Positions 8,090 to 17,599 of a stretch of DNA of 45,784 nucleotides are shown here, piece after piece. The first letter of the stretch is position 1. Each line of letters opens with the position of its first letter. A program made the translations under genes and the position numbers. The notes under the pieces were generated by a model. That model had not been told where the DNA came from. It saw only the letters and a program-made list of their open reading frames with translations, and searched no databases. The DNA is taken from contig JAAYRS010000124.1 of assembly GCA_012518645.1 (NCBI GenBank), positions 1 to 45,784 of the forward strand, in the 5' to 3' direction. The DNA is from Bacillota bacterium (GTDB taxonomy: Bacteria; Bacillota; Limnochordia; Darwinibacteriales; Darwinibacteriaceae).

Positions 8090-8118
8090 ATTTTAGCATA
8101 GGGGTGCTCGGAATGCAA
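8090..8118 (-). promoter_or_regulatory. putative sigma-A promoter of rpmB
   Basis: On the minus strand: TTGCAT, 17-nt spacer, TAAAAT, with TG at the extended -10 position (TGCTAAAAT). Confidence 0.5.
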
Positions 8119-8143
8119 GCAGGAATCAGCCCGGATAAAATCC

Positions 8144-8172
8144 TTTACAATTAGACCCTGAATGGGTAGAAT
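8144..8172 (+). promoter_or_regulatory. putative sigma-A promoter of the asp23/yloV operon
   Basis: TTTACA (8144-8149), 17-nt spacer, TAGAAT (8167-8172). Confidence 0.45.
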
Positions 8173-8226
8173 GATAATGATAGAAGAACGGTCCAATCTG
8201 GCAACGTCTGCAAAGGGGGGACAATT

Positions 8227-8598
8227 GTGACCCAAGGTACACAATCTGAATTGGGAAAGATTAAAATCAGAGAAGAAGTTATTGCTACTGTTTGTGGTGT
8301 TTCAGCCATGGAATGTTATGGCTTAGTGGGAATGGCGCCCCGTAATGTTCAAGAAGGGTTAACCGATTTATTGCGTCGGGAAAACTTTGAAAAAGGGGTG
8401 GATGTTCAGTTTAATAATGAAAATAGCATTAGTGTTCAGCTTTACATAGTGGTTGAATACGGTGTTAAGATATCCGAGGTGGCTAAAAACGTTCAGGAGC
8501 GTGTTAAATTCGCTGTCGAAAGTTTACTGGGCCTGGAGGTTGATTGCATTAATGTTAAGGTGCAGGGCGTGCGGGTCACCGGGGCGAAGAGAAAGTGA
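8227..8598 (+). CDS. Asp23/Gls24-family envelope stress protein (YloU-like)
   Basis: GKIKIREEVIATVCGVSAMECYGLVGM is typical of the Asp23 family. It has the conserved partner position before the DAK2 protein. GTG start. Confidence 0.8.
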   Translation: MTQGTQSELGKIKIREEVIATVCGVSAMECYGLVGMAPRNVQEGLTDLLRRENFEKGVDVQFNNENSISVQLYIVVEYGVKISEVAKNVQERVKFAVESLLGLEVDCINVKVQGVRVTGAKRK

Positions 8599-10304
8599 GT
8601 GGAGGAACAGTCTTGGAAGTAATTACTGGTTTGACTTTAAAAAACATGTTGCTGGCGGCTTCTTACCAGCTTGACCAGGAAAAAGATTTTGTCAATGCAC
8701 TAAACGTATTCCCGGTACCTGATGGTGATACCGGGACTAATATGTCCTTGACTATGGAGGCTGCCCTTAAAGAGGTGGAAAAATCCACAGAGGATGATAT
8801 CAGCCAAATCACATCTCTTTTGGCCAACGGATCTCTAATGGGTGCCCGCGGCAATAGTGGGGTTATCCTTTCCCAGTTCTTCCGGGGTTTTGCCGCCGGG
8901 TTGACTAAAAACAAAACTACCGCCAGCGGAAAAGATTTGGCCCGCGCATTTCTGGAATCTACCAAAACGACTTATCGGGCGGTAATGAAACCTGTGGAAG
9001 GCACCATGCTGACGGTAGGGCGTTTAGCCGCGGATGGTGCCGCGCTGGCGGCAGAGGAAGGAGCAGGTGCCGGCCAGGTTCTAAAAGCAGCTTTGGCCGC
9101 GGCCCTGGAGGCTTTGGAAAACACGCCTAATATTCTGCCTGTTTTGAAAGAAGCGGGGGTTGTGGATGCAGGCGGTCAGGGTTTGGTCTGTATTTTTCAG
9201 GGTTTTGTAGCCGGCTTGGAAATGGATAGACGCGAACTTGAATCTTTCTTTGGAAAGCCCGTGGAAAAACAGGTTTTAAAAGAAGCGGCCGCCCCTCCGG
9301 ACGAAACTTTAGAGAACAAATACTGTACAGAATTTATTATTCTCGGTGCAAACATAGACCAAGAAATGATCAAAAGCGAATTGGAATCTAAGGGCGACTC
9401 CATGATCGTTGTAGGTGATCCGAATGTAATTAAGGTGCATCTGCATACTGATGTCCCCGGCGATGTCCTTCAGTTTTGCGCCGGCCTGGGGGAATTAACG
9501 GAAATTGCCATTGATAACATGCTTTTGCAAAGGCAGGAATATAGCAGGGGGCAAAACGGCAGTCACGAGCACAGCCACCGCTTGGATTTTTCGGATCAGC
9601 CTGAACCGGAACGGGAATTGTCGTTAATTGTCAATCCCCAGGCTGTTAAAGGGGTGGGGCTGGTGGCCGTTGTACCCGGGAAGGGTTTGGCGGAGATATT
9701 CTCCAGTCTTGGGGTAGAGTGTATCGTTCCCGGGGGACAAACCATGAATCCCAGTACAGAAGATCTAGTTAAAGCGATCAACACTGTTAATGCTGAATCG
9801 GTGATAATTTTACCAAATAATAAAAACGTGATTTTTTCTGCTCAGCAGGCAAAAGAATTGGTGGACAAAAAAGTCGGCGTGGTGCCAACCCGATCCGTCC
9901 CGCAAGGGATCAGTGCTTTACTGTATTTTGCCCCTGATCAAACTTTGGAAGACAACCTTGCTGCCATGGACGGCGGCCGAAAAGAGGTACAGACGGGGGA
10001 GATTACTTTTGCCACCCGTTCTACCGTTGCCGGTGATTTGCAAATTGAGGAACGGGATATTATTGGTTTGGTGGAAGGAAAAATTGCTGCTGTTGGCTCA
10101 GATCCAGAAGAAGTTGCCGTCAATATTTTGGAAAACATGGTAAATGAAGAGTCTTCGGTAATCAGCATTTACTACGGGGCCGATGAAAAAGAAGAAGCGG
10201 CCCAGAAGTTAAGCGAGCGTGCAAAAGATAAATACCCGCAATGTGAAGTAGAGATGTACAGCGGAGGGCAACCGCTCTACTACTACATTTTGTCCGTGGA
10301 ATAG
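8595..10304 (+). CDS. DAK2 domain fusion protein (YloV-like)
   Basis: DAK2 signature PVPDGDTGTNM. 569 aa with an N-terminal DAK2 domain and a C-terminal DegV-like/uncharacterised domain. GTGA overlap with the upstream gene. Confidence 0.85.
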   Translation: MSGGTVLEVITGLTLKNMLLAASYQLDQEKDFVNALNVFPVPDGDTGTNMSLTMEAALKEVEKSTEDDISQITSLLANGSLMGARGNSGVILSQFFRGFAAGLTKNKTTASGKDLARAFLESTKTTYRAVMKPVEGTMLTVGRLAADGAALAAEEGAGAGQVLKAALAAALEALENTPNILPVLKEAGVVDAGGQGLVCIFQGFVAGLEMDRRELESFFGKPVEKQVLKEAAAPPDETLENKYCTEFIILGANIDQEMIKSELESKGDSMIVVGDPNVIKVHLHTDVPGDVLQFCAGLGELTEIAIDNMLLQRQEYSRGQNGSHEHSHRLDFSDQPEPERELSLIVNPQAVKGVGLVAVVPGKGLAEIFSSLGVECIVPGGQTMNPSTEDLVKAINTVNAESVIILPNNKNVIFSAQQAKELVDKKVGVVPTRSVPQGISALLYFAPDQTLEDNLAAMDGGRKEVQTGEITFATRSTVAGDLQIEERDIIGLVEGKIAAVGSDPEEVAVNILENMVNEESSVISIYYGADEKEEAAQKLSERAKDKYPQCEVEMYSGGQPLYYYILSVE

Positions 10305-10320
10305 ACTAAGGAGGACAATG

Positions 10321-11181
10321 ATGGCTAAGATTCATGTGGTAACCGACAGCGGCAATGATTTAAGCCGGGAGATGCAGGCGGAATTTGGAATTCACGTGGT
10401 TCCTTTAACTGTTCGGTTCAGTGAAGAAAGTTTTCATGATGGTGTTGACATTTCAGTGGAACAATTTTATCATCGCCTTCAAAACGATCCCGAGATACCC
10501 AGCACTTCTCAACCGTCGCCGGCGGATTTTGTCCGTGTTTATGAAGAAATTGCGGAACCTGGGGACACCATCCTTTCTGTTCATCTAAGCAGTAAGATGA
10601 GTGGTACTTACCAATCTGCAGTTTTGGCCGGCACCATGGTAGATTCATCGATTAAGGTTATTGTTATTGATACAGGATGTGCTTCTATCGGCAGTGGTTT
10701 AGTGCCTATTGCACTGGCGGAGGCCCTCCAAAAAGGGGCATCTTTGGATGAATTAACAGCCCTCGCCGAACGGATTAGTGAAAATTTAGAAGTATATTTC
10801 GTAGTTGATACTCTCGAATACCTTCAAAAGAATGGCCGGATCGGAATGGCCTCAGCCCTGGTAGGTACACTTTTGAGCATTAAGCCGGTTTTAACGGTGA
10901 AAGATGGTTTTGTGGCCCCCTTTGAAAAGGTAAGAGGTAAATCCAAAGCACTGAAACGGGTGAGGCAGCTAGCCCTTAATATGAAGGAAAAATTCCCTGA
11001 AAAAAAATTCAGGGCCGCCTTAAGCCATGCGGACAATTTGACCGAGGCAGAGCAGCTGGCGAGTTTTTTAAAAGAGAAACTGCCGCTGGAAGGGGAGGTC
11101 CTCATTGCCCCCATTGGACCAACCATTGGGGTCCACACCGGGCCCGGAACCGTGGCAATGTTTATCTACCCCGTTTTCTAA
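10321..11181 (+). CDS. DegV-family fatty-acid-binding protein
   Basis: Motifs VVTDSGNDL, TSQPSPADF, YFVVDTLEYLQKNGRIG. The second of two adjacent ATGs was chosen for SD spacing (AAGGAGGA); 10318 is the alternative. Confidence 0.85.
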   Translation: MAKIHVVTDSGNDLSREMQAEFGIHVVPLTVRFSEESFHDGVDISVEQFYHRLQNDPEIPSTSQPSPADFVRVYEEIAEPGDTILSVHLSSKMSGTYQSAVLAGTMVDSSIKVIVIDTGCASIGSGLVPIALAEALQKGASLDELTALAERISENLEVYFVVDTLEYLQKNGRIGMASALVGTLLSIKPVLTVKDGFVAPFEKVRGKSKALKRVRQLALNMKEKFPEKKFRAALSHADNLTEAEQLASFLKEKLPLEGEVLIAPIGPTIGVHTGPGTVAMFIYPVF

Positions 11182-11191
11182 AATCACTAAC

Positions 11192-11222
11192 AACCCTTAG
11201 GTAAGCCCTAGGGGTTCTTCAT
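11192..11222 (+). terminator. possible terminator hairpin after degV
   Basis: AACCCTTAGG, loop taagc, CCTAGGGGTT (one G-U pair), followed by a poor U-tract (CTTCAT). Confidence 0.35.
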
Positions 11223-11240
11223 ATCTGAAGAGGTGAGCTT

Positions 11241-13271
11241 GTGTCAGAACAAATCGGATTTTTGGAACAGGCGGTTACTGCCCTCCCGGGAATAGGGCCC
11301 AAGCGGGCGCAGACCTTAAAAAAACTTGGCTTAAATTCGGTTAGTGACGTATTATTCAGTTTTCCCCGCAGTTATAAAGATTTTACGCAGGTGGCCCAAC
11401 CTTTCGAAGCGGTCCCGGGAGAAGAACAGTTGATTGAAGGCACTTTAATAAATTTGCGGGAACGGGCCATTTCAGGGGGGAGGCGTCTAATTCAGGGCCA
11501 ACTCCAGGCCGGGGAGTGGTTTCTCTCCCCTTTAAATCTTACTTGGTTTATCTTTCACCGCGGCAGGGGCCCCAGCTATCTTTACCGGCGCTTAGCTCAA
11601 GCGGGGCCGCTTTGGGTTTACGGAACGGTAAAAGAGGGAATCTTCGGGCCGGAAATGGCTTCGCCGGAATTTTTCTTAAAACGGCCCCCTCTTGGTTTAA
11701 GACCAGTTTACCCATTAGCGGCTTCGATTACGAATGAACAGCGGATTCAGTGGGTTCAGGCAGCTCTGAAACACTTGGAAGAAGTGGCTGAATGCCTGCC
11801 CGACGGCCTTTTGAGGAAATATCCGGGGCGGCGGGAAGCCCTGCGGCAAATTCATTTTCCTCAAAATTGGGCTCAACAAAAATTGGCGAGGGAAAGGCTG
11901 GTTTTTGAAGAGTTTTTCCTTTTCCACCTTGGCTTACAATGGGGACGGGAGGAGAAAGCGGGAATTGCCCACCAAGCTGATGGGCCCTTAATTACCGGTT
12001 ACTTGGAAGGCCTTCCTTTTAGTTTGACCCGGGATCAGCGGAAGGCTCTAAAGGATGTGGCAGCTGATATGGAATCCCGGAGACGGATGCGCCGTTTAAT
12101 TCAAGGCGAGGTGGGTTCGGGAAAGACGGTTGTTGCTGAGTACGCCTGCCTCAAAGCAGTGGAAAATAAAGGGCAGGCGGCCATGATGGTACCTACAGAG
12201 GTTTTAGCGCGCCAGATGGTGCAGCGGTTTAAAAAATCATTAAAACCTTTAGGGGTTTCCGTTGAACTTCTAATCGGAAATATGCCTCCTAAGGAGCAGA
12301 AATTAGTTCAGCGAAAATTAGCGGAAGGCGCAATCGATGTAGTAGTGGGAACCCATGCTTTAATCGTGGAAAAGGTTAATTTTAAACATCTTACCCTGGC
12401 AATTGTTGATGAACAGCACCGCTTTGGCGTTCGCCAACGCTTAGCTTTGCTGGGGAAGGGCGATGCCGATTTGTTAGTAATGAGTGCTACGCCAATACCC
12501 CGTTCTCTTGCCTTGACAGCCTACGGGGATTTAGACACGACAGAAATAAGGGAACTGCCCCGGGGGCGCCAGCGCGTGGACACCCGCCTAATAGACCCCG
12601 ATAAAAGGGAAGATGTTTACCGTTATCTCGTTGGGAGGGTCAAGCGAGGCCAGCAGGCCTTTGTGGTTTTCCCCTTAGTGGAGGAATCGGAACATTTGGA
12701 TCTAAAAGCTGCTGTGCAGGAGATGGAGGATTTGGAACAAGGCTTTTTGTCTTCCCTCCGCGTTGGTTTGGTGCACGGCCAAATGGGGAAAGAAAAGGAA
12801 AAGATTATGGAGGCCTTTTACCGTCAAGAAATAGATGTTTTGATCGCAACTACTGTCATAGAAGTCGGGATGGATGTACCGAATGCCACTGTGATGGTCA
12901 TCGAAAATGCGGAAAGGTTTGGTTTAGCCCAGCTCCATCAATTAAGGGGAAGAGTTGGGCGGGGTCAAGAAGCGGGCATTTGTTTTTTAATTGCCTATAA
13001 CCTTTCCGCCCAAAGCAGGGAGCGCTTGAATGTAATTAGGCATTCCAATGACGGATTCTACATTGCGGAACAGGATTTACGCCTAAGGGGGCCCGGGGAT
13101 CTTTTGGGTGTGCGCCAATCAGGACAGCCCTGGTTTAAATTGGGGGACATTGTCGAAGACTTAGAGCTTTTGAAAAAAAGCGGCCGGGAAGTAAGCTTGC
13201 TTCTGCAAAAAGATCCGCGGTTGGAGAACCATCCGCAGCTATTGAAGGAAATTAAAAGGCAACGGAACTAA
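11241..13271 (+). CDS. recG: ATP-dependent DNA helicase RecG
   Basis: Walker A GEVGSGKT, DEQHRFG box, QLHQLRGRVGRG, and the N-terminal wedge-domain region. GTG start. Confidence 0.9.
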   Translation: MSEQIGFLEQAVTALPGIGPKRAQTLKKLGLNSVSDVLFSFPRSYKDFTQVAQPFEAVPGEEQLIEGTLINLRERAISGGRRLIQGQLQAGEWFLSPLNLTWFIFHRGRGPSYLYRRLAQAGPLWVYGTVKEGIFGPEMASPEFFLKRPPLGLRPVYPLAASITNEQRIQWVQAALKHLEEVAECLPDGLLRKYPGRREALRQIHFPQNWAQQKLARERLVFEEFFLFHLGLQWGREEKAGIAHQADGPLITGYLEGLPFSLTRDQRKALKDVAADMESRRRMRRLIQGEVGSGKTVVAEYACLKAVENKGQAAMMVPTEVLARQMVQRFKKSLKPLGVSVELLIGNMPPKEQKLVQRKLAEGAIDVVVGTHALIVEKVNFKHLTLAIVDEQHRFGVRQRLALLGKGDADLLVMSATPIPRSLALTAYGDLDTTEIRELPRGRQRVDTRLIDPDKREDVYRYLVGRVKRGQQAFVVFPLVEESEHLDLKAAVQEMEDLEQGFLSSLRVGLVHGQMGKEKEKIMEAFYRQEIDVLIATTVIEVGMDVPNATVMVIENAERFGLAQLHQLRGRVGRGQEAGICFLIAYNLSAQSRERLNVIRHSNDGFYIAEQDLRLRGPGDLLGVRQSGQPWFKLGDIVEDLELLKKSGREVSLLLQKDPRLENHPQLLKEIKRQRN

Positions 13272-13401
13272 AAACCGCCGTTGCCCTCGGGAGAGGAGAA
13301 ACCTTTTCTTACCTTTTGGGGAGGTCATTCTCTTCGCTCGTTAGTATGTGGTAATCTTCCCCTTTTTAATACTGGTAAAAGTTTCTAAGGGGGGATGACT
13401 T

Positions 13402-13962
13402 ATGCGGGTGATTGCAGGCAAGGCCAAAGGGGCCAAACTTTCGGGTTTAGCGGGCACAGCCACCAGGCCCAGCAGTGATCGCCTTAAAGAGGCGCTCTTT
13501 AATATTTTATCACCCCATTTATTTCAGGCGGATTTTTTGGATTTATATGCAGGTAATGGGGGAATGGGCATTGAAGCTTTAAGCAGAGGTGCTGGCCGCG
13601 CCGTTTTTTTAGATTCAAACCCTGCTTGCGTCAAAATCATCAAAAAGAATTTGGATAAAACAGGCCTTTTAGGCGGTGAAGTCTACAAGAGTACTGTCCG
13701 GCAAGGGTTAAGGGTTTTAAAAAAACAGAAACGGTATTTTCATTTAATTTTTTTTGATCCCCCTTACGGACGGGGCCTGTTTTCAGAAACCTTGAAGCTT
13801 TTGGATCAATACACTTTACTACGAAAGGGCGGAATAATAGTGGGAGAATCCGGTAAAAAAGAGGAAATCCCCGCGGAAACGTCGAATTTTTGCTTAGTAG
13901 AAAAACGCCGCTACGGAAACAGCCAGCTGAGTTTTTTCCGCTATAGGGAGGACCATCATTGA
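13402..13962 (+). CDS. rsmD: 16S rRNA (guanine966-N2)-methyltransferase
   Basis: Motifs RVIAGKAKG, DLYAGNGGMGIEALSRGA, FFDPPY. Conserved pairing with coaD. Confidence 0.85.
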   Translation: MRVIAGKAKGAKLSGLAGTATRPSSDRLKEALFNILSPHLFQADFLDLYAGNGGMGIEALSRGAGRAVFLDSNPACVKIIKKNLDKTGLLGGEVYKSTVRQGLRVLKKQKRYFHLIFFDPPYGRGLFSETLKLLDQYTLLRKGGIIVGESGKKEEIPAETSNFCLVEKRRYGNSQLSFFRYREDHH

Positions 13963-14447
13963 AAATTGCAATCTGTCCGGGCACCTTTGATCCCGTTACC
14001 TATGGGCACTTAGACATCATCAAACGCTCCAGCAGCCTTTTTGATCATGCTTACATTTGTGTTCTGCAAAACCCCAGCAAAATCCCGTTCTTCACGGTTG
14101 AAGAACGCCTGGAGATGCTCTCTCTGGAAACAAAGCAGATCGCAAATGTCAGCGTGGAGACCTTCTCCGGATTAGCGGTTGAATACGCCAAGCAAAAGGG
14201 GGCTATTGCCATTGTTCGGGGTTTAAGGGCCATAACTGACTTCGACTTCGAGTTTAAACTGGCTTCGATGAACCATAGTTTAGCCAGCAGTATCGAAACG
14301 ATTTTTATGATGACCAGCAGCGAATACTCATTTATTAGTTCTTCTGCCGTAAAAGAAGTGGCCAGCCTCGGCGGGGATATTTCAAAATGGGTCAGCCCCG
14401 CGGTAGCTGAGCTTTTGTATGCAAAATTTAAAGGTGGGGAGAGGTAA
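13959..14447 (+). CDS. coaD: phosphopantetheine adenylyltransferase
   Basis: CPGTFDPVTYGHLDII (HxGH-type motif) and ISSSAVKE. TTG start overlapping the rsmD stop. Confidence 0.9.
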   Translation: MKIAICPGTFDPVTYGHLDIIKRSSSLFDHAYICVLQNPSKIPFFTVEERLEMLSLETKQIANVSVETFSGLAVEYAKQKGAIAIVRGLRAITDFDFEFKLASMNHSLASSIETIFMMTSSEYSFISSSAVKEVASLGGDISKWVSPAVAELLYAKFKGGER

Positions 14448-14450
14448 GTT

Positions 14451-14906
14451 GTGAACCGAGTTAATCTCATGGTCTTAATAGACCAACTGGAAATACTAGT
14501 GGAGAAGGCACCTGAAGTTCCCCTCGTTGGTAAGATCTTAGTAGATGCCGATGAATTATACGATCTAATAGATATAATCCGTACTGCCATTCCCGTGGAA
14601 GTCAAACGGGCTGAAGCTGTCTCCTCTGAAAGGGAAAAAATGATTGCTGAAGGCCAGAAACAGGCGGAAAGAATGGTGGCCAAAGCAGAAGAATATGCTG
14701 CCAAGCTTGTTCGCAATAACGAAGTTTACCGTCAAGCGGAAGAAGAAGGCAAACGCCTTTACGAAGAGACTAAGCGCAGAGCGGAAGAAATTGAAGAGGG
14801 CGCGAGGCAATACGCAGGCCAAATCTTCACCAATCTGCAGCAGGCCTTGGAAAAGACTTTGCACATAATTGAAAAAAGTAAAGAGGAACTGGAAAGAGAA
14901 GATTAG
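14451..14906 (+). CDS. hypothetical coiled-coil protein (Glu/Lys/Ala-rich; resembles ATPase b/H-type stalk subunits)
   Basis: 151-aa ORF with a GGGGAGAGG SD 9 nt upstream of the GTG. The C-terminal two thirds are charged heptad-like sequence (AEGQKQAERMVAKAEEYAAKL...). I recognise no catalytic motif. Confidence 0.5.
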   Translation: MNRVNLMVLIDQLEILVEKAPEVPLVGKILVDADELYDLIDIIRTAIPVEVKRAEAVSSEREKMIAEGQKQAERMVAKAEEYAAKLVRNNEVYRQAEEEGKRLYEETKRRAEEIEEGARQYAGQIFTNLQQALEKTLHIIEKSKEELERED

Positions 14907-16117
14907 GACCTTCTTTTTCGGAAAGAGACGTAAATGATCCGGCGAATCAACCAAAGGAAACTAAAAATAATAACAAAGATAAAAGTCATACTTACCATTA
15001 AGCGGGTGGAAGCCAGAAGGCGCATGGGAAAAGTGGCCCCACTAAACGCCGGTTGAGCAAAGACCGGTAAAATCCGGCCTAAACTAGTTGGGATGAAATC
15101 CGCCGGGCCTAAGAGCAGCCCGGTGATTAGGGCGGCAAAGATGCCGTGCAGAATCCGGGCCAAAAGGTAGGGGGTTAAACGGATTTTGGTACCGGCTAAA
15201 AGAGCTGCCACCTGACTATGGACAGAGAGGCCGCTCCAGCCCATGACCAGACTAGTAATTACGGCCCGGGTTTGTAGGGGGGCAGAGCTGACACTAGCTG
15301 TTTGGGCGCCTAAAGTTGTTTCGAAAAAACCTGCAACTACCGCCGGGGCAATATTGCTATCCAGGCTAAAAAAAGAAAGCAGGCCGGCTGTAAGGTAGTT
15401 AAAGGGGGCTAAAAGCCCACTGACGTTAAGTACCCTGGTTAACACCGAGAAGACCATAATACAGCCCCCGATAAAAAGCATGGCTTGAAAAGTGCTTTGG
15501 ACCGAATCCCCGAAGAGTTGTCCTAAGGAGCGCCCATCCTTCCTTCTCGCCTCATCTAAAGAGCGAAAGGCTTTGCGGAGGTAACTGCCTCTGCTTTTTA
15601 TTATTAAGCTTTCCTCTCCCCGATGAAAGCGGAGGAAAAACCCAACTAAAATTGCTCCTGCATAATGAGCCAAAACCAGGGTTAAACCTAGTTCCGGAAG
15701 TTTGAACATACCGATTGCCACGGCTCCAACAATAAAAAGGGGATCAGCTGTATTGGCAAAACTTAGAAGCCGCTCAGCCTCCACCCCGGTTAAAAGATTT
15801 TGCCTTTTAAGTTCTCCCGTTATTTTGGCACCTAAAGGGTATCCGGCGGCCAGGCCCATAGCCACCGCAAAACCGCCTACCCCGGGTATTCGAAAGAGGG
15901 GGCGCATAATAGGCTCTAAGAGGGAACCGATAAAGTGCACCACCCCCAAGCCCATTAGCAGATCAGCCATGATGAAAAAAGGCAAAAGGGCTGGAAGCAC
16001 AATTTCGAACCAAAGTTTGAGGCCATCTAGGGAAGCGCGGAAGGATACTTCCGGAAAGGCTACAATAAAGATGGTAGCAGTTAAAACCAAAAGGGCGAGG
16101 GCACGGCTGCGGCTCAT
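14903..16117 (-). CDS. ylbJ: sporulation integral membrane protein YlbJ
   Basis: 404-aa polytopic membrane protein. The N-terminus ...FPEVSFRASLDGLKLWFEIVLPALLPFFIMADLL matches the YlbJ (nucleoside-recognition domain) pattern. It is on the opposite strand to coaD and yceD, as in Bacillus. Confidence 0.75.
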   Translation of the reverse strand: MSRSRALALLVLTATIFIVAFPEVSFRASLDGLKLWFEIVLPALLPFFIMADLLMGLGVVHFIGSLLEPIMRPLFRIPGVGGFAVAMGLAAGYPLGAKITGELKRQNLLTGVEAERLLSFANTADPLFIVGAVAIGMFKLPELGLTLVLAHYAGAILVGFFLRFHRGEESLIIKSRGSYLRKAFRSLDEARRKDGRSLGQLFGDSVQSTFQAMLFIGGCIMVFSVLTRVLNVSGLLAPFNYLTAGLLSFFSLDSNIAPAVVAGFFETTLGAQTASVSSAPLQTRAVITSLVMGWSGLSVHSQVAALLAGTKIRLTPYLLARILHGIFAALITGLLLGPADFIPTSLGRILPVFAQPAFSGATFPMRLLASTRLMVSMTFIFVIIFSFLWLIRRIIYVSFRKRRS

Positions 16118-16193
16118 TTGATCAACCCTTTCTTGCTTTATGTTTATCTATACTGAGCGGGGAATGAGAATATAACTAAGGCGGTGAAAGCCG

Positions 16194-16979
16194 ATGACCA
16201 CTAAAAAAATCGGGATTGCCCTTGGCGCCGGGGCAGCCAGGGGTTTGGCAAACCTAGGGGTGCTTCAAGTCTTGGAGGAACATAGCATCCCTATTCAAAT
16301 TATAAGCGGCACCAGTGCAGGCGCCTTAATCGGTGCCCTGTACTCCTGCGGGACTGATTTGAAATTGATCGGTGAAATGGCCTCAGAATTAAACTGGAAT
16401 GACTTGGTCAGTTTAAGTATTACGCGGCGGGGCTTGGTGTCTTCTGAAAAACTTTATCAAATGCTGCGGCTCTTAACCAAAGAGAGGGATTTCGAGGATT
16501 TAAGGCGCCCTACAGCCGTAGTAGCCACTGATATCATCAGCGGCAAAGAAGTTGTGATTAACTCGGGTTTAGTCGCTGACGGAGTGAGGGCCAGCCTCTC
16601 CATTCCCGGTGTTTTCATCCCAGTGGAGCTAAACGGCCGCACATTAGTTGACGGGGCCTTGGTTAACCGGGTGCCTGTCAGTGTCTGCCGTAATTTAGGG
16701 GCGGATTTTGTTATCGCGGTTCATGTGGGCATCGGCCCCTTAAGGAAAACTATCCGCAATCTCAGCGACGTGATTACCAATGCCACTCAAATTCTGGAGG
16801 GCCAACTATCCCTGCTCAAGCCTATTCAGGCCGATGTTGTCTTAGAGCCTGATTTAGGGAATGTAACTTCTACCCAGCTTAATCGGGCCCGGGAGATTAT
16901 TGAAAAAGGCCGCCGGGCCGCTTTGGCCAGTTTAGATTTAATTGAAGAGGAGCTCCAAAAGCTTGGCGTTAGTTATTGA
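16194..16979 (+). CDS. patatin-like phospholipase (YlbK-like)
   Basis: Oxyanion motif GAGAARG, nucleophile elbow GTSAG (GxSxG), and the catalytic Asp in VDGALVN. Confidence 0.85.
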   Translation: MTTKKIGIALGAGAARGLANLGVLQVLEEHSIPIQIISGTSAGALIGALYSCGTDLKLIGEMASELNWNDLVSLSITRRGLVSSEKLYQMLRLLTKERDFEDLRRPTAVVATDIISGKEVVINSGLVADGVRASLSIPGVFIPVELNGRTLVDGALVNRVPVSVCRNLGADFVIAVHVGIGPLRKTIRNLSDVITNATQILEGQLSLLKPIQADVVLEPDLGNVTSTQLNRAREIIEKGRRAALASLDLIEEELQKLGVSY

Positions 16980-17004
16980 CACTGCTTGGGTATCTTTGTA
17001 TAAT
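16976..17004 (+). promoter_or_regulatory. sigma-A promoter of yceD-rpmF
   Basis: Perfect consensus: TTGACA (16976-16981), 17-nt spacer, TATAAT (16999-17004), immediately preceded by a TG dinucleotide (16997-16998). Confidence 0.7.
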
Positions 17005-17020
17005 TGATGAGGTGATCAAG

Positions 17021-17599
17021 ATGCGTATCAATATTTCGTCTTTATTGGGTCAAAAAGGGGCTTCTTTTCTGGTTGAAGAAGAACTATCCAGTAGTTTTGT
17101 GGAATCGGCACCGGAAGTAGATCATGTTTTGTCACCAATTCAAGCTCAAATCAAAATTAGCAATACGGGCGAAGGGTTTTTAGTCACGGCGGAATTCAGT
17201 TTTGAGGTAGCATTGTACTGCAGCCGTTGCTTGAGGCCGTTTACGACAATCTTGGAGGCTTCAGCAGCAGAAGAATATAGATATCAGCCGCGGCAGCAAT
17301 CCGAATCCCATGGGGAATTTTTCCCCGATGAAGAGCCTTTGGTGGAAGGAAACGAATTAGATTTAACCAGCCTAATTCAAGAGACTGTTTTAATGAGCAT
17401 TCCCATGAAAAACGTTTGCGAAGAGTCTTGCCCGGGTTTGTGCCCCGTTTGCGGCGGGGTCTTAGCAGAAGAATCCTGTGATTGCCTTGACCCGAAGCTG
17501 GATATCCGCATGTCACCCTTAAAAGAATTGTTACAGTCTCGGGAGAGGAGGAAAGAGAATGGCAGTACCAAAGAGAAAACACTCAAAAGCGAGGACTAG
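17021..17599 (+). CDS. DUF177 / YceD-family protein (large-subunit ribosome assembly associated)
   Basis: ATG at 17021 follows a GAGGTGA SD. Cys clusters CSRCL and CPGLCPVCG. It has the invariant position upstream of rpmF, and its 3' end overlaps rpmF by 41 nt. Confidence 0.8.
   Translation: MRINISSLLGQKGASFLVEEELSSSFVESAPEVDHVLSPIQAQIKISNTGEGFLVTAEFSFEVALYCSRCLRPFTTILEASAAEEYRYQPRQQSESHGEFFPDEEPLVEGNELDLTSLIQETVLMSIPMKNVCEESCPGLCPVCGGVLAEESCDCLDPKLDIRMSPLKELLQSRERRKENGSTKEKTLKSED

Noticed and set aside
14051-14954. 221-aa and 129-aa minus-strand ORFs, plus a 74-aa + ORF, overlapping coaD and the coiled-coil gene.
   Set aside because: These are shadow frames of a purine-rich (GAA/AAG) coding region. 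The coaD motifs on the + strand settle which frame is real.
15702-16121. 139-aa + strand ORF opposite ylbJ.
   Set aside because: It is antisense to a well-supported polytopic membrane protein. The translation is Arg/Pro/Lys-rich without structure.
16118-16193. A SigE-type sporulation promoter for ylbJ (minus strand ATATTC...TATAGATA).
   Set aside because: It is only a loose resemblance to the ATA-n16-18-CATACAnT consensus and cannot be supported from sequence alone.
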